DNA of 64,000 bases from a virus (IMGVR_UViG_2721756095_000004:1-64000); one strand, 5' to 3'. Counted from the stretch's first letter, positions 8,882-17,813 are shown. Numbers and translations: made by a program. The notes: generated from the sequence alone by a model not told the origin.

Positions 8882-9481
8882 ATGGCGTGGATCTCCGAAC
8901 AACTCTTAGCGGCCATCGGCAAGCATTCGCCTGATGAGTGTATCACCGTCGAGCGGCTGATCGCACTCACCGGGCTGGATGTCAGGCAAGTGGACAACGC
9001 GCAGCGCAAGCTGCGCAACCACGGGCTGATCGAACTGACGGGGCCGGGCTGCTACCGGCTCACCAGTGCGGGCAAAGAGGCGCTTGCAGCTGGCAGTACT
9101 GCGCTGCGGGCAGGCCCGAAAGGCGCTCAGCCAGGGACGAGGATATTCAGGGATACCCTTCGCTCCCGAGTCTGGCGCGCCATACGCATCCGCCGCAAGT
9201 TCAGCATTCCAGATCTCGAAATGCTGGTAGCACAAGGCGGCGAACGTGACATCGCCAGCAATATCCGCAAATACCTGCACGGACTGGAGCGTGCCGGTTA
9301 TTTGATGAAACTGCCAAGGCGAGAGGCTGGGACAGCGCTTACCTCCAATGGTTTTGCGCGATGGTGGCTGCCGGATGATAAGGACACGGGACCGAGGGCG
9401 CCAGTCTTGAGCGTAGCCAAGGGTACCGTTTATGACCCGAACACCGAGGCCAAAATCCGGATCAGCGGGAGGCCGGCATGA
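8882..9481 (+). CDS. Winged-helix DNA-binding protein
   Basis: GGAG RBS; two wHTH-like repeats (VWRAIRIRRKFS..YLHGLERAGYL, TGPRAP, VYDPN). Confidence 0.75.
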   Translation: MAWISEQLLAAIGKHSPDECITVERLIALTGLDVRQVDNAQRKLRNHGLIELTGPGCYRLTSAGKEALAAGSTALRAGPKGAQPGTRIFRDTLRSRVWRAIRIRRKFSIPDLEMLVAQGGERDIASNIRKYLHGLERAGYLMKLPRREAGTALTSNGFARWWLPDDKDTGPRAPVLSVAKGTVYDPNTEAKIRISGRPA

Positions 9482-9789
9482 GTTGGATGGAGCTGCTGAT
9501 ATCCGCCGTGGCCGCCACCAATAAGGCAAAGGTGGCAAGCGATCTTGGCGTCTCTCGAACCGCGATCAGCCTGGTGGTGTCGGGCAAATATCCAGCCAAA
9601 ACCGACAAGATCGCAACCAAGGTGATCGAGACGTATGGTCGCGTTACCTGCCCGCATCTTAGGGTGGAGATCAGCCTAAGCGAGTGCAAGACCTACCACA
9701 CGGGACAAGTGCCGACCAGCAGCCCACGCGCTATGAAGCACTGGCGCGCGTGCCAAACCTGCCCCAACAATCAAGCGAGGAGACCATGA
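9478..9789 (+). CDS. HTH + Cys-motif DNA-binding protein
   Basis: KVASDLGVSRTAISLV..GKY HTH; CPHL..C..WRACQTCP. Confidence 0.75.
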   Translation: MSWMELLISAVAATNKAKVASDLGVSRTAISLVVSGKYPAKTDKIATKVIETYGRVTCPHLRVEISLSECKTYHTGQVPTSSPRAMKHWRACQTCPNNQARRP

Positions 9790-9902
9790 AAACAATCAAA
9801 AGAATCATGCTGGCGTGCCGCCTATGGAGTGACCCTGCTCTGGGTTACACCCTGGGCGGCGCATGGAGAACGGCATCGGTACTGGTGAGAGCGGCATCAT
9901 GA
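9786..9902 (+). CDS. Small hypothetical protein (38 aa)
   Basis: GAGGAG RBS; coupled overlaps at both ends. Confidence 0.5.
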   Translation: MKTIKRIMLACRLWSDPALGYTLGGAWRTASVLVRAAS

Positions 9903-10201
9903 CAACTCCACCCCTTCCCAACGCGTCGTCTATCGGCGTGAATTATCAAATGATGGATGCCCTCGCGCGAGTAAAGCGCGTCGCCTTAATGCTTGTGCAT
10001 CGGGGGTTCCGCATCCTAGAAATCCGGATGAGTCCGATCGCATCGGTCATCACCATCATGCCGGAGGTCGAGTGCTCAAGCCTGGGTGTGGCGGAGATCA
10101 GCCGTAACGAGCACCGGGGCGGCATGGATTACACGATGGTGGTGTCGCACGATGGCGTCGATGTCCAGTGGACGGTTACAAAGCGCAGGAGTCTGTCATG
10201 A
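9899..10201 (+). CDS. Hypothetical protein (paralog of 10362-10760)
   Basis: ATGA overlap; ends in GVDVQW. Confidence 0.6.
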   Translation: MTTPPLPNASSIGVNYQMMDALARVKRVALMLVHRGFRILEIRMSPIASVITIMPEVECSSLGVAEISRNEHRGGMDYTMVVSHDGVDVQWTVTKRRSLS

Positions 10202-10365
10202 GCGAAATCCAATTACTCTTAGGCACGATCGCGCAGCTGGCTGACGTGATGCAGCGGTGCGACGCGGAGGTCGCGCAAGACAATCCCACAACCGATGAAG
10301 AATGGGATGCCGCCCTGAATCAGGCTGCGCACGTGTTGCTTGAATCGGAAGGGAGGCCGCTATGA
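10198..10365 (+). CDS. Small hypothetical protein
   Basis: AGGAG RBS; ATGA overlaps. Confidence 0.55.
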   Translation: MSEIQLLLGTIAQLADVMQRCDAEVAQDNPTTDEEWDAALNQAAHVLLESEGRPL

Positions 10366-10760
10366 ACAACCGGTATATGCCGCCTGATCCGCAGGATATG
10401 GAGCGGCCCGAGTCCGGGTTACCACCTGTACGGCACGCGGAGAATGGCATCAGTGCCCATGATGGCGGCAACATGACAGCACAGCCTGTACTCAATGCGC
10501 CGTCAATCGGCCAGCAAAATCAGGGCGTCATCGATTCCACAAGTCGCGCAAAGCGCGCTGCCGTTCGGCTTGCGCGAGCAGGATGCACGATAAAACACAT
10601 TGCGGTGGGTAACCGGAATACGCGTGTCCTGGTCGAGAATCACCCGCTGCTGCCGATCTTTCTGGAAGCCTCCCCGATCAAATACACCGGCACGGAAACC
10701 ACCATGGCCGCCAGCATAGAGGGCGTCCAGGTCGAGTGGGTTATCAGGAGGGTGCCATGA
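10362..10760 (+). CDS. Hypothetical protein (paralog of 9899-10201)
   Basis: GGAGG RBS; ends in GVQVEW. Confidence 0.65.
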   Translation: MNNRYMPPDPQDMERPESGLPPVRHAENGISAHDGGNMTAQPVLNAPSIGQQNQGVIDSTSRAKRAAVRLARAGCTIKHIAVGNRNTRVLVENHPLLPIFLEASPIKYTGTETTMAASIEGVQVEWVIRRVP

Positions 10761-11047
10761 GGAGAGTCTGGTATCCAGGCCATCTGGGCCGCGCTATAGG
10801 TCTCACCAGCCTTTGTTTAGTAGTGGCTGGCGCCTTCGTGCTCAGCGATCGCGATCACGCGCAGCGCAACGAAATCTCTCGTTTGTCCTCTACGTGCCCG
10901 CCAGCCCAGGCGGGCGAGCAGCTGGCCGCTACGGTGCAAAGCGAATGCGGGAGCGGAGGCGAAGAATTGCGTTGCGTGTACATCTCAACCAGCGGCTACG
11001 GCCGCATCATGCGCAGCCGCCCGGCTGCGCCAGGGGGATCGTCATGA
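10757..11047 (+). CDS. Membrane-anchored hypothetical protein
   Basis: AGGAGG RBS; one hydrophobic segment. Confidence 0.55.
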   Translation: MRRVWYPGHLGRAIGLTSLCLVVAGAFVLSDRDHAQRNEISRLSSTCPPAQAGEQLAATVQSECGSGGEELRCVYISTSGYGRIMRSRPAAPGGSS

Positions 11048-11340
11048 CCACGTATACATTTCCGACGCTTGCCAACCCGGCAGCATTGACCGAGCAGGAA
11101 TTGCGTGTGGAGTTGGAGCGCGTCAATCACCAGGTGCTAACACTGGTCTCGCAGCTAAACACGTTGTCAGAACAGTTTAATGCGCATCGGAGCGTGTTGA
11201 TGGGTATATCAAGCAGTATGGCCCGAATCGTGGTTGAGCGCATGAAGAAGGACAAGGGCGACGTCAACTCGATTATCGATGAAATCATCCGCACGAACAT
11301 AATCATGGTGCCCCAAGGCGGGTCAGGCGGGGTGCACTGA
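11044..11340 (+). CDS. Coiled-coil hypothetical protein
   Basis: ATGA overlap; heptad pattern. Confidence 0.55.
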   Translation: MTTYTFPTLANPAALTEQELRVELERVNHQVLTLVSQLNTLSEQFNAHRSVLMGISSSMARIVVERMKKDKGDVNSIIDEIIRTNIIMVPQGGSGGVH

Positions 11341-11666
11341 TGATGCGGACAGAAACTCAAGAGAGCATCTCCGCTTGGGCCGAGCACGTATTCGGCCCAG
11401 CTGGTAGCAATGCGCGCACTGTCGGCCGGGCAAATGAAGAAATGGCCGAGTTGATCCGGGCAGCGACAAGCGACAGACCGATACATGAGCTGGTCGAGGA
11501 AGCGGCTGATGTTGTGATCGTGTTGTATCGGTTGGCAGCGCGAAACGGGTACAGCCTTGATGCCGCAATCGACGCCAAGATGGCGCTCAACCGGATCCGG
11601 AAATGGACGAAGGATGGTACCGGTCACGGATATCACGTCCGCGCTGACAAAGGGGAGGCGCGTTGA
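11340..11666 (+). CDS. MazG-like all-alpha NTP pyrophosphohydrolase
   Basis: EEMAEL...EEAADV...KMALNR.RKW motifs. Confidence 0.8.
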   Translation: MMRTETQESISAWAEHVFGPAGSNARTVGRANEEMAELIRAATSDRPIHELVEEAADVVIVLYRLAARNGYSLDAAIDAKMALNRIRKWTKDGTGHGYHVRADKGEAR

Positions 11667-12604
11667 TGGAGGCCAAGAGAAAAATCCTGAATCTACTAGC
11701 AGACAGCAGCTCGCAAAACCCTATGCCAGAGGCAGCGTTGTTTTTGCAGCTGGACCTATCAGCTGTCGACTACCTCCGCGTGCTCACGGAGTTGTATGAC
11801 GCCAGGGCTATCAATCGGGCGACTATCCATCGCGACGGCCGCACGGAAGACTATCTTTGGCCCACCGGCATGATCTCGAAAATCAATTACGGCAGGCAAT
11901 ACATCGTCTCAACCCCGCCCCCGAGTGACCGCAAAGCGGAAGCCCCAATCACAAAAACCCAGGAGAAACAAATGGAACAAACAATAAGCAAGACCCAGAT
12001 CATGCTTGATCTACTCAAAAAAAATGGTTCCGCAACCAGTAAGGAATTGATTGCGGCCTCCGGTGCTGCGTCCGTTAAACCGTATCTGGAAGGTTATTTC
12101 AAGCGCGGCTTGATAGTGTCCGAGGGAAGCTACTCAGACAAAGTTTACAGCCTTGCGCCAGGCGTAAAGCCAGAGGATTTGGTTCCTGCACCAAGAAAGC
12201 GTGCAACGCCAGTGTCTGCGGCAACCTCGCCTGTGGAAGTGATCAGCCACACGCACTCTCTACGCCGCACATCAGCTAAAGGTCTAGGCCAAGAATTTAT
12301 TGGGACTTGTGTTCAGTGCGGACAGGAAGACCTCACCATTGCTGATCTGGAAGGGTGCCCGAACCCGATCGGTATCACTGAGAGTGAGGCCGTGATCGAA
12401 GCTGTGGCACCGCTAGCGCCAGAGCCTGAGCCAGCTAAAACCAGTCAGGAGGCGCCCGCAAAATCTCGCTTTCGCGTGGCTATTACATCTGACCAAACCA
12501 TCATGTTGTTTGGATTGAGCACGCAACCGATCGAGCTGGACCGCGAGCAGGCCAAAACGCTGGCTGAGTTCGTGTCGGATAAAGGCGAGCTTCTGTGCGT
12601 CTGA
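11666..12604 (+). CDS. Hypothetical protein with wHTH and Cys/His segment; possible internal start near 11972
   Basis: GGAGG RBS; internal AGGAG-ATG (MEQTISK); HxxxCxxC...C segment. Confidence 0.55.
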   Translation: MEAKRKILNLLADSSSQNPMPEAALFLQLDLSAVDYLRVLTELYDARAINRATIHRDGRTEDYLWPTGMISKINYGRQYIVSTPPPSDRKAEAPITKTQEKQMEQTISKTQIMLDLLKKNGSATSKELIAASGAASVKPYLEGYFKRGLIVSEGSYSDKVYSLAPGVKPEDLVPAPRKRATPVSAATSPVEVISHTHSLRRTSAKGLGQEFIGTCVQCGQEDLTIADLEGCPNPIGITESEAVIEAVAPLAPEPEPAKTSQEAPAKSRFRVAITSDQTIMLFGLSTQPIELDREQAKTLAEFVSDKGELLCV

Positions 12605-13206
12605 TCTGTCCCTGTTGCCACACCGATTTCCCGATCGAGGCCGCGATCAACGATATCGCGGCCCGCAATGCGGTGGTGCGCGCTTTTTCAGTCACACCAT
12701 TCGGGGATCTGCTGATCGGCTATGTGCAGCTATTCAAACCGGCGCAGCGGGCTCTTTCAATGCCGCGCCTGGTGAAATTACTGGATGAGCTGATGCCAAT
12801 GATCCAGACGGGACGAATCGAGCGCGGTGGGCGTATCTGGCCAGCTCCCCAGGAATACTGGCGCCAGGCGTTTGAAGAGATGCTGGGCAAGCGCGACCAG
12901 CTCACCCTGCCCCTCAAATCGCACGGGTACCTGCTCACGATCATTGCCGGCTATGCGGACAAGGCAGAAGCAAAGGTAGAAGCAAAGTCAGAGGACCGGC
13001 GAGCTGGTAGGACGCCAGTAGGCGGGCAAGTAGTGAAGGAAGCAGGGTTAAGTGTGGACGAAGCTGGCGCCGAGCTCATGAAATTGGTGGATGCCAGCAG
13101 GAAACCCGCAACGCAACGCCCAGCCATGCCCACGTCCGTCAGGCAGCAGCTCGACAAATTCAAATCCCGTCCCGAATTACCAACCGAAGGAGAAAACCAT
13201 GGCTAA
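12595..13206 (+). CDS. Zn-ribbon Mu-like phage protein
   Basis: N-terminal CPCC; LPLKSHGYL motif. Confidence 0.7.
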   Translation: MRLICPCCHTDFPIEAAINDIAARNAVVRAFSVTPFGDLLIGYVQLFKPAQRALSMPRLVKLLDELMPMIQTGRIERGGRIWPAPQEYWRQAFEEMLGKRDQLTLPLKSHGYLLTIIAGYADKAEAKVEAKSEDRRAGRTPVGGQVVKEAGLSVDEAGAELMKLVDASRKPATQRPAMPTSVRQQLDKFKSRPELPTEGENHG

Positions 13207-13723
13207 AACCGCCACCAGACTCAAAGCCCAGGCGCAGGCTTATGTGCCGCAAACAAAGGATGATGCTGCCGCTGATATCCGCAAGATCGGCGACCTGCAG
13301 CGCCAGCTGCTGCGTGCCGCCACGGAAATGAATGATGCCGTCGCCATCGTCACACAAAATTTCCAGCCACGCATGGAGGCAATCAAGAATCAACTGCAGA
13401 TCCTCCAGGATGGCGTGCAAGGCTACTGCGAAGCACATCGGCTGGAGCTGACGGACGGCGGCAAGGTCAAGACCGCAAACCTCATCACAGGAGAGGTGCA
13501 GTGGCGCAAGCGGCCAGCGAGCGTTTCGGTGCGTGGTGTTGAAGCCGTGATTGAAACACTCAAGCGGCTGGGCCTCGGCAAGTTCGTACGCACGAAGGCG
13601 GAAATCAATAAAGAGGCCATCCTCAATGAACCGGATGAGGTGCGTGGCGTTGCTGGGATCACGTTGGTTACCGGCGTCGAGGATTTTGTGATTACACCGT
13701 TTGAGCAGGAAGTGACGGCATGA
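13199..13723 (+). CDS. gam: Gam-like host-nuclease inhibitor (DUF3164 type)
   Basis: KTANLITGEVQWR.RP.SV...EINKEAIL motif; AAGGAG RBS. Confidence 0.85.
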   Translation: MAKTATRLKAQAQAYVPQTKDDAAADIRKIGDLQRQLLRAATEMNDAVAIVTQNFQPRMEAIKNQLQILQDGVQGYCEAHRLELTDGGKVKTANLITGEVQWRKRPASVSVRGVEAVIETLKRLGLGKFVRTKAEINKEAILNEPDEVRGVAGITLVTGVEDFVITPFEQEVTA

Positions 13724-13938
13724 AGCTACAGGTCAACCTCAAAGGCGCTTGGCGCGAGGTGCTCTCATTTTCCGACAGGAACGCGGGGGGCGTTTGTGAA
13801 GAAGCCGCCCGGCTCGGTCGTCTTGCGGACAGGAAGGTCAAATTCCGCATTGCAGATGACGCGAATCGTGCGCTGGCACACTGCGAAGGACCCTATTTTA
13901 TTTGGAGCGAGGCGGGCGGCAAGTCGGAACCCACGTAA
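13720..13938 (+). CDS. Small hypothetical protein
   Basis: ATGA overlap with gam. Confidence 0.55.
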   Translation: MKLQVNLKGAWREVLSFSDRNAGGVCEEAARLGRLADRKVKFRIADDANRALAHCEGPYFIWSEAGGKSEPT

Positions 13939-14003
13939 AAATGCTTGCCAGAAGGCGTTAACCATAGCGCCTTCGATCAAGTTTTTTTAACGGAACAGAA
14001 ACC

Positions 14004-14450
14004 ATGTCAACCAGCAAATACACTCTCACGAAAGACCAATGGCAAAAGATCGAAACGGAGCTATCTAGCCCTTATGGGAACGTAAAGCTGCGCTGTGACG
14101 GTTACGAGATTACTGCATCAATACAACGCTTGAAGCCCCTCCAGAGCTGCATCGCGGTCTATGTTGATGGCTGGATTAAAGGCGAATGGATGAACGGGAA
14201 GGATGAGCGTGCCCTAAAGTTTTACTGTGAGAAAAAGAGATTTCTTTGGTCCGTCCAGAACCGGAGTGAAGCAAAAAAGAAGTTGCTCAACCGACGACTG
14301 GGTAAGTTTCTCAAGGATTTTTACAAAAAGATGGTTGAGAGCAGCTTTTCCGTGTGGGAACCATACTGGACCAGTCCGAAAGCATTCTGCCGCCATATCC
14401 GCAAAACATGCCAGTCCATCGAACTGGTGAAAACTGGATTTGTTGACTGA
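14004..14450 (+). CDS. Hypothetical phage protein
   Basis: 148-aa ORF, IAVYVDGWIKGEW motif, lower GC. Confidence 0.7.
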   Translation: MSTSKYTLTKDQWQKIETELSSPYGNVKLRCDGYEITASIQRLKPLQSCIAVYVDGWIKGEWMNGKDERALKFYCEKKRFLWSVQNRSEAKKKLLNRRLGKFLKDFYKKMVESSFSVWEPYWTSPKAFCRHIRKTCQSIELVKTGFVD

Positions 14451-14451
14451 G

Positions 14452-14871
14452 ATGAAACGCCCAACCCCTGATCTCCGCAAACGCGAGCTTGCACAGATCC
14501 ACATCGGCAAGGCGCAGCTCGGCCTGGATGATGAGACGTACCGCGCAATGTTGCAAGCGGTTGCCGGCGTCGGCTCGTCCGCAGAGCTGGATCATGCCGG
14601 GCGGCGCCTGGTGCTACAGCACATGCGTGCCCGTGGCTGGAAGAACGATAGAAAGCGGGTTACCCCTCCATCCGCAACGCAGAGCAAACAGGCGTTGATG
14701 CGCAAGATCGCCGCTATGCTGCACACGGCTGGGCGGCCTTGGCAGTACGCGGACGGTATGGCACGGCATATGTTCGCCGTGGAAAAGGCAGCCTGGTGCG
14801 ATGTTGCACAGTTGCGGAAGATTATTGCGGCGTTGGGTTATGACGCCAAGCGGAGACAGGGCCATGGTTGA
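14452..14871 (+). CDS. GemA/gp16-like regulatory protein (DUF1018)
   Basis: LAQIHIGKAQLGLDDETYRAML motif. Confidence 0.88.
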   Translation: MKRPTPDLRKRELAQIHIGKAQLGLDDETYRAMLQAVAGVGSSAELDHAGRRLVLQHMRARGWKNDRKRVTPPSATQSKQALMRKIAAMLHTAGRPWQYADGMARHMFAVEKAAWCDVAQLRKIIAALGYDAKRRQGHG

Positions 14872-15250
14872 GCTGGACGAAAGCTTGTTGCCAGGCATCT
14901 TGCGTGATATCGCGCGCCTGATCGGTTTGCCTGGCACGCTCCAGCTAGTGAAGCACTACGGTGGCGTGCGGCTGTATGTCCCGAAGCGGTTCGATCCGGA
15001 TCATGTGCTGGTCAAGGTTATCGGTCCGGTGGCCGTAATCATACTGATCAAGCATTTTGGGGGTGAGGCTCACTTTGATATTCCGCGAGCGCTCGCGGCT
15101 GCCAATGCCGTGCGCAACGCCGCTATCCGGGCGGAATATGCGGAGTTAAGCCAAAGGCGGTTGGCACAGAAGTACAACCTTACAGAGCGCCAGGTGCGAA
15201 ACATTCTGGCTGGGGATGAGCCTGATGAAATGCAGGAAAAGTTGTTCTGA
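14864..15250 (+). CDS. Mor/C-family transcription activator
   Basis: YGGVRLYVP, RNAAIR, LAQKYNLTERQVRNIL. Confidence 0.88.
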   Translation: MVELDESLLPGILRDIARLIGLPGTLQLVKHYGGVRLYVPKRFDPDHVLVKVIGPVAVIILIKHFGGEAHFDIPRALAAANAVRNAAIRAEYAELSQRRLAQKYNLTERQVRNILAGDEPDEMQEKLF

Positions 15251-15277
15251 TATCAATAATAAAACAAGGAGCAGTAA

Positions 15278-15991
15278 ATGTTAAAGATATTGCTGGTTAC
15301 AGGAATCGCTGTTTTTTTATCTGGATGCGCTAGCGAAAAAGAAAGCCTTCCGCCCAAAGAGCGATGTGCTGCCGCGATGGAATCTCAATCACAGTCAGAT
15401 ATCGATCGTGAATGTAGCTCCCTGTCAGGAGACGACGTCAAGGCGGCAGGAGAGTTGGTGGCTAAACGCAATCCCTCCCTTAATGTCGTAATTGACGATA
15501 AGCGCGTTGCACCTAAGCAAGCTTCCCTGGGTATTACTCCGGCTGAATTCAAAACAGAATTCAATAAAGTCGCTAAGGAATTGCGCATGAAGTTCGCTAT
15601 CGGCGATATTACGATCAGCAGCAAAGGCGAGGTATTCGATACTTTTAATGTTCAGTTTGGTGAAAACAATGGACTCATTGGCGCTGTGACAAAGGATGGA
15701 ATGCTCTCTTCTGTCACCTCAATATCGACTGGCGATGGCTCCGTGGAATCGGGTGCCAGAACAATGGTCTTGGCTTTGATGATCGTCAGATCCGTCATCC
15801 CGAATCTGGAAAAGGATGAGGCTAGTCTGATTACGCTGGACTTGATAAAGAAAAGCACAACATCCCCAAACGGAATACCGTACAAGCAAATTGTTAGCGG
15901 TGTGAAATTGTGGGCGTTACTCACTGAGCGGATAGGGTTTTTTTTCGGGGTAGAGACTCCCAAAGATGATGATGTCAATGAGCCGGGTTGA
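15278..15991 (+). CDS. Accessory lipoprotein
   Basis: Lipobox LSGC after hydrophobic signal; AAGGAG RBS; AT-richer than neighbours. Confidence 0.75.
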   Translation: MLKILLVTGIAVFLSGCASEKESLPPKERCAAAMESQSQSDIDRECSSLSGDDVKAAGELVAKRNPSLNVVIDDKRVAPKQASLGITPAEFKTEFNKVAKELRMKFAIGDITISSKGEVFDTFNVQFGENNGLIGAVTKDGMLSSVTSISTGDGSVESGARTMVLALMIVRSVIPNLEKDEASLITLDLIKKSTTSPNGIPYKQIVSGVKLWALLTERIGFFFGVETPKDDDVNEPG

Positions 15992-16041
15992 CGTCAGGGA
16001 AAATCCCGCATAATCTGTTCCCCATCCGCCCGGCCCATCCG

Positions 16042-16094
16042 GGCGGAATTGTTTCCACCTTAACTCCTTCCCCGGCCGCCAGCAGAATGGCGGC
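16042..16094 (+). promoter_or_regulatory. Activator-dependent late promoter (Plys equivalent)
   Basis: Dyad GGCGGAATTGTTTCCACC ending 36 bp before ATG; CAGAAT -10; same layout at 24867-24919. Confidence 0.75.
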
Positions 16095-16574
16095 ATGTCC
16101 TCAAGGCTCATCAATTTAATCGTTGTCCACTGTGCGGCTACGCCCAACGGTCGCCGTACGACCGTGGAAGACGTCAACTCATGGCATTACCAGCGTGGAT
16201 TCAGGCGCTCTCCAGCGTTCCGCGCACGGCAAAACCATTCTCTTGACGCAATCGGCTACCACTTCCTGGTCTATATCAATGGGGCGATAGCAACCGGGCG
16301 TCACCTCGACGAAATTGGCGCGCACGCGGCCGGCTTTAACCAGAAGAGTGTTGGCGTATGCATGGCCGGTACGGATAGCTTCACTTTGGCGCAATGGGAC
16401 GCTCTGCGCGGCAACGTGCAGCTGCTGATGGATAGGTATCCGCAGGCGCGAGTAGTCGGCCATCGAGATCTGCCCAAGGTGGCTAAATCCTGCCCTGGCT
16501 TCAACGTGGCGGACTGGCTTCGCGGAGATATGGCGCCATTGGCCGGACATGTGCTTGAGGCAAGCCGCCCATGA
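16095..16574 (+). CDS. Endolysin, N-acetylmuramoyl-L-alanine amidase (T7 lysozyme type)
   Basis: IVVHCAAT, IGYHF, GAHA.GFN, GHRD, KSCPGF. Confidence 0.92.
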   Translation: MSSRLINLIVVHCAATPNGRRTTVEDVNSWHYQRGFRRSPAFRARQNHSLDAIGYHFLVYINGAIATGRHLDEIGAHAAGFNQKSVGVCMAGTDSFTLAQWDALRGNVQLLMDRYPQARVVGHRDLPKVAKSCPGFNVADWLRGDMAPLAGHVLEASRP

Positions 16575-16795
16575 AACTCGCTGACCTTGTCAGGGACGCG
16601 GGCACGGGCCAGCTATCCCAGACCAAGCTGTGGACCAATATCGCTTACGCGGTTGGCACCATCGCATTTCTTTATCCGGTGGTTAAGTCTGGTACGCCGC
16701 CGGACCCGGAATCGTTATTGATCTATCTGGGCGTGGTCGGCTCACACTGCGCTGTCTCCAAATTCATTTCCATGAAATACCGCAACGTGCCGTAA
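16571..16795 (+). CDS. Putative holin (2 TM)
   Basis: LSQTKLW motif, two hydrophobic segments, follows endolysin. Confidence 0.65.
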   Translation: MKLADLVRDAGTGQLSQTKLWTNIAYAVGTIAFLYPVVKSGTPPDPESLLIYLGVVGSHCAVSKFISMKYRNVP

Positions 16796-17371
16796 ATGAG
16801 AAAAACTCTAATCCTGTGCGGGTTTGGCCTGATAGTAGTGGCGCTGCTATGGGGATGGCACGTTTCTCAGTTGGAGCCCTTGCCTCCAGTCAACGTTTCC
16901 ATGCCGGCCGAGATTGCCCCGGAGGTTGAGGACAGCCCCAAGGTGCCGGTTGTCATCAAGGCGCCAGTGCAGGTCTACAGCGGTGGTCGCGCGCTCAAGA
17001 AAAAACTGAAGCTGCCGGACGTTGTAACCATCGATCCAACCAAGGAAGTCATCGCGTCCAGCCAAGTCAAGGCGGATGAGCGGCCGCAAACAATCACAAC
17101 CATCATCAATACGGAAACCGGCGAGAGCGAGACATTCGTGCGCCGTGATCCGCTGCCGTGGCTCGCTTGGGATACCAGTGGCGAGGTCGGGGCCTATGTA
17201 GGCATCAAGAACGGACAACAGGCCGTGCGGCTGCAGGCGCGGCAGGGGATCGTGCAGGTCAAGGGATTGCACCTGGGCTTGATTGGATCTGTCGACCAGG
17301 CTATGAGCGGCACCGCCGTGGTGAACGGGACGGATTACTTTGTCGGTGCCGGTATCTGGGCTAAGTGGTAG
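16796..17371 (+). CDS. Lysis-cassette membrane protein, possible non-canonical spanin
   Basis: N-terminal TM helix; C-terminal amphipathic beta-strands ending in W; occupies the Rz position. Confidence 0.6.
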   Translation: MRKTLILCGFGLIVVALLWGWHVSQLEPLPPVNVSMPAEIAPEVEDSPKVPVVIKAPVQVYSGGRALKKKLKLPDVVTIDPTKEVIASSQVKADERPQTITTIINTETGESETFVRRDPLPWLAWDTSGEVGAYVGIKNGQQAVRLQARQGIVQVKGLHLGLIGSVDQAMSGTAVVNGTDYFVGAGIWAKW

Positions 17372-17598
17372 TGGATCAGTTCGATCGGGCGCAGGCGCTG
17401 GAACAGGCAGAGCGGGAAAGCATCCTGCGGAGCCAACGTTCCAGGACGGCCGAGCAAAACAAACCTCCGCTGTCGCACTGCGAGGATTGCGGCGATGAAA
17501 TACCGAAAGAGCGACGCCTGGCAACGCGCGGCATAACGCGCTGTATCGGATGCCAGAACGTTTTTGAATTTGAAATCAAACGCAGAGGCAGGAGATGA
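17365..17598 (+). CDS. TraR/DksA C4 zinc-finger protein
   Basis: D..DRAQ, CEDCGDEIP.ERR...RCIGCQ. Confidence 0.85.
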   Translation: MVVDQFDRAQALEQAERESILRSQRSRTAEQNKPPLSHCEDCGDEIPKERRLATRGITRCIGCQNVFEFEIKRRGRR

Positions 17599-17813
17599 GT
17601 GATGATCAATCGCGCTCGCTGGGGCGCATCGAAGGGAAACTGGATATGCTGATTGCTCAGCATGCGGATACGAATACCCGCCTGGGAAAGATGGACGGAC
17701 GCCTTCGTGATGTCGAGATGAAGGCGGCGACAAACGGGGCTGTAACAGGCGGACTGGTTTCGGTTGGTGTCGCGCTGGTGATCGAGGTGAGCAAGCACGT
17801 AACTGGGCTCTAA
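17595..17813 (+). CDS. Small coiled-coil/TM protein
   Basis: LGRIEGKLD; C-terminal hydrophobic helix; GGAG RBS. Confidence 0.65.
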   Translation: MSDDQSRSLGRIEGKLDMLIAQHADTNTRLGKMDGRLRDVEMKAATNGAVTGGLVSVGVALVIEVSKHVTGL

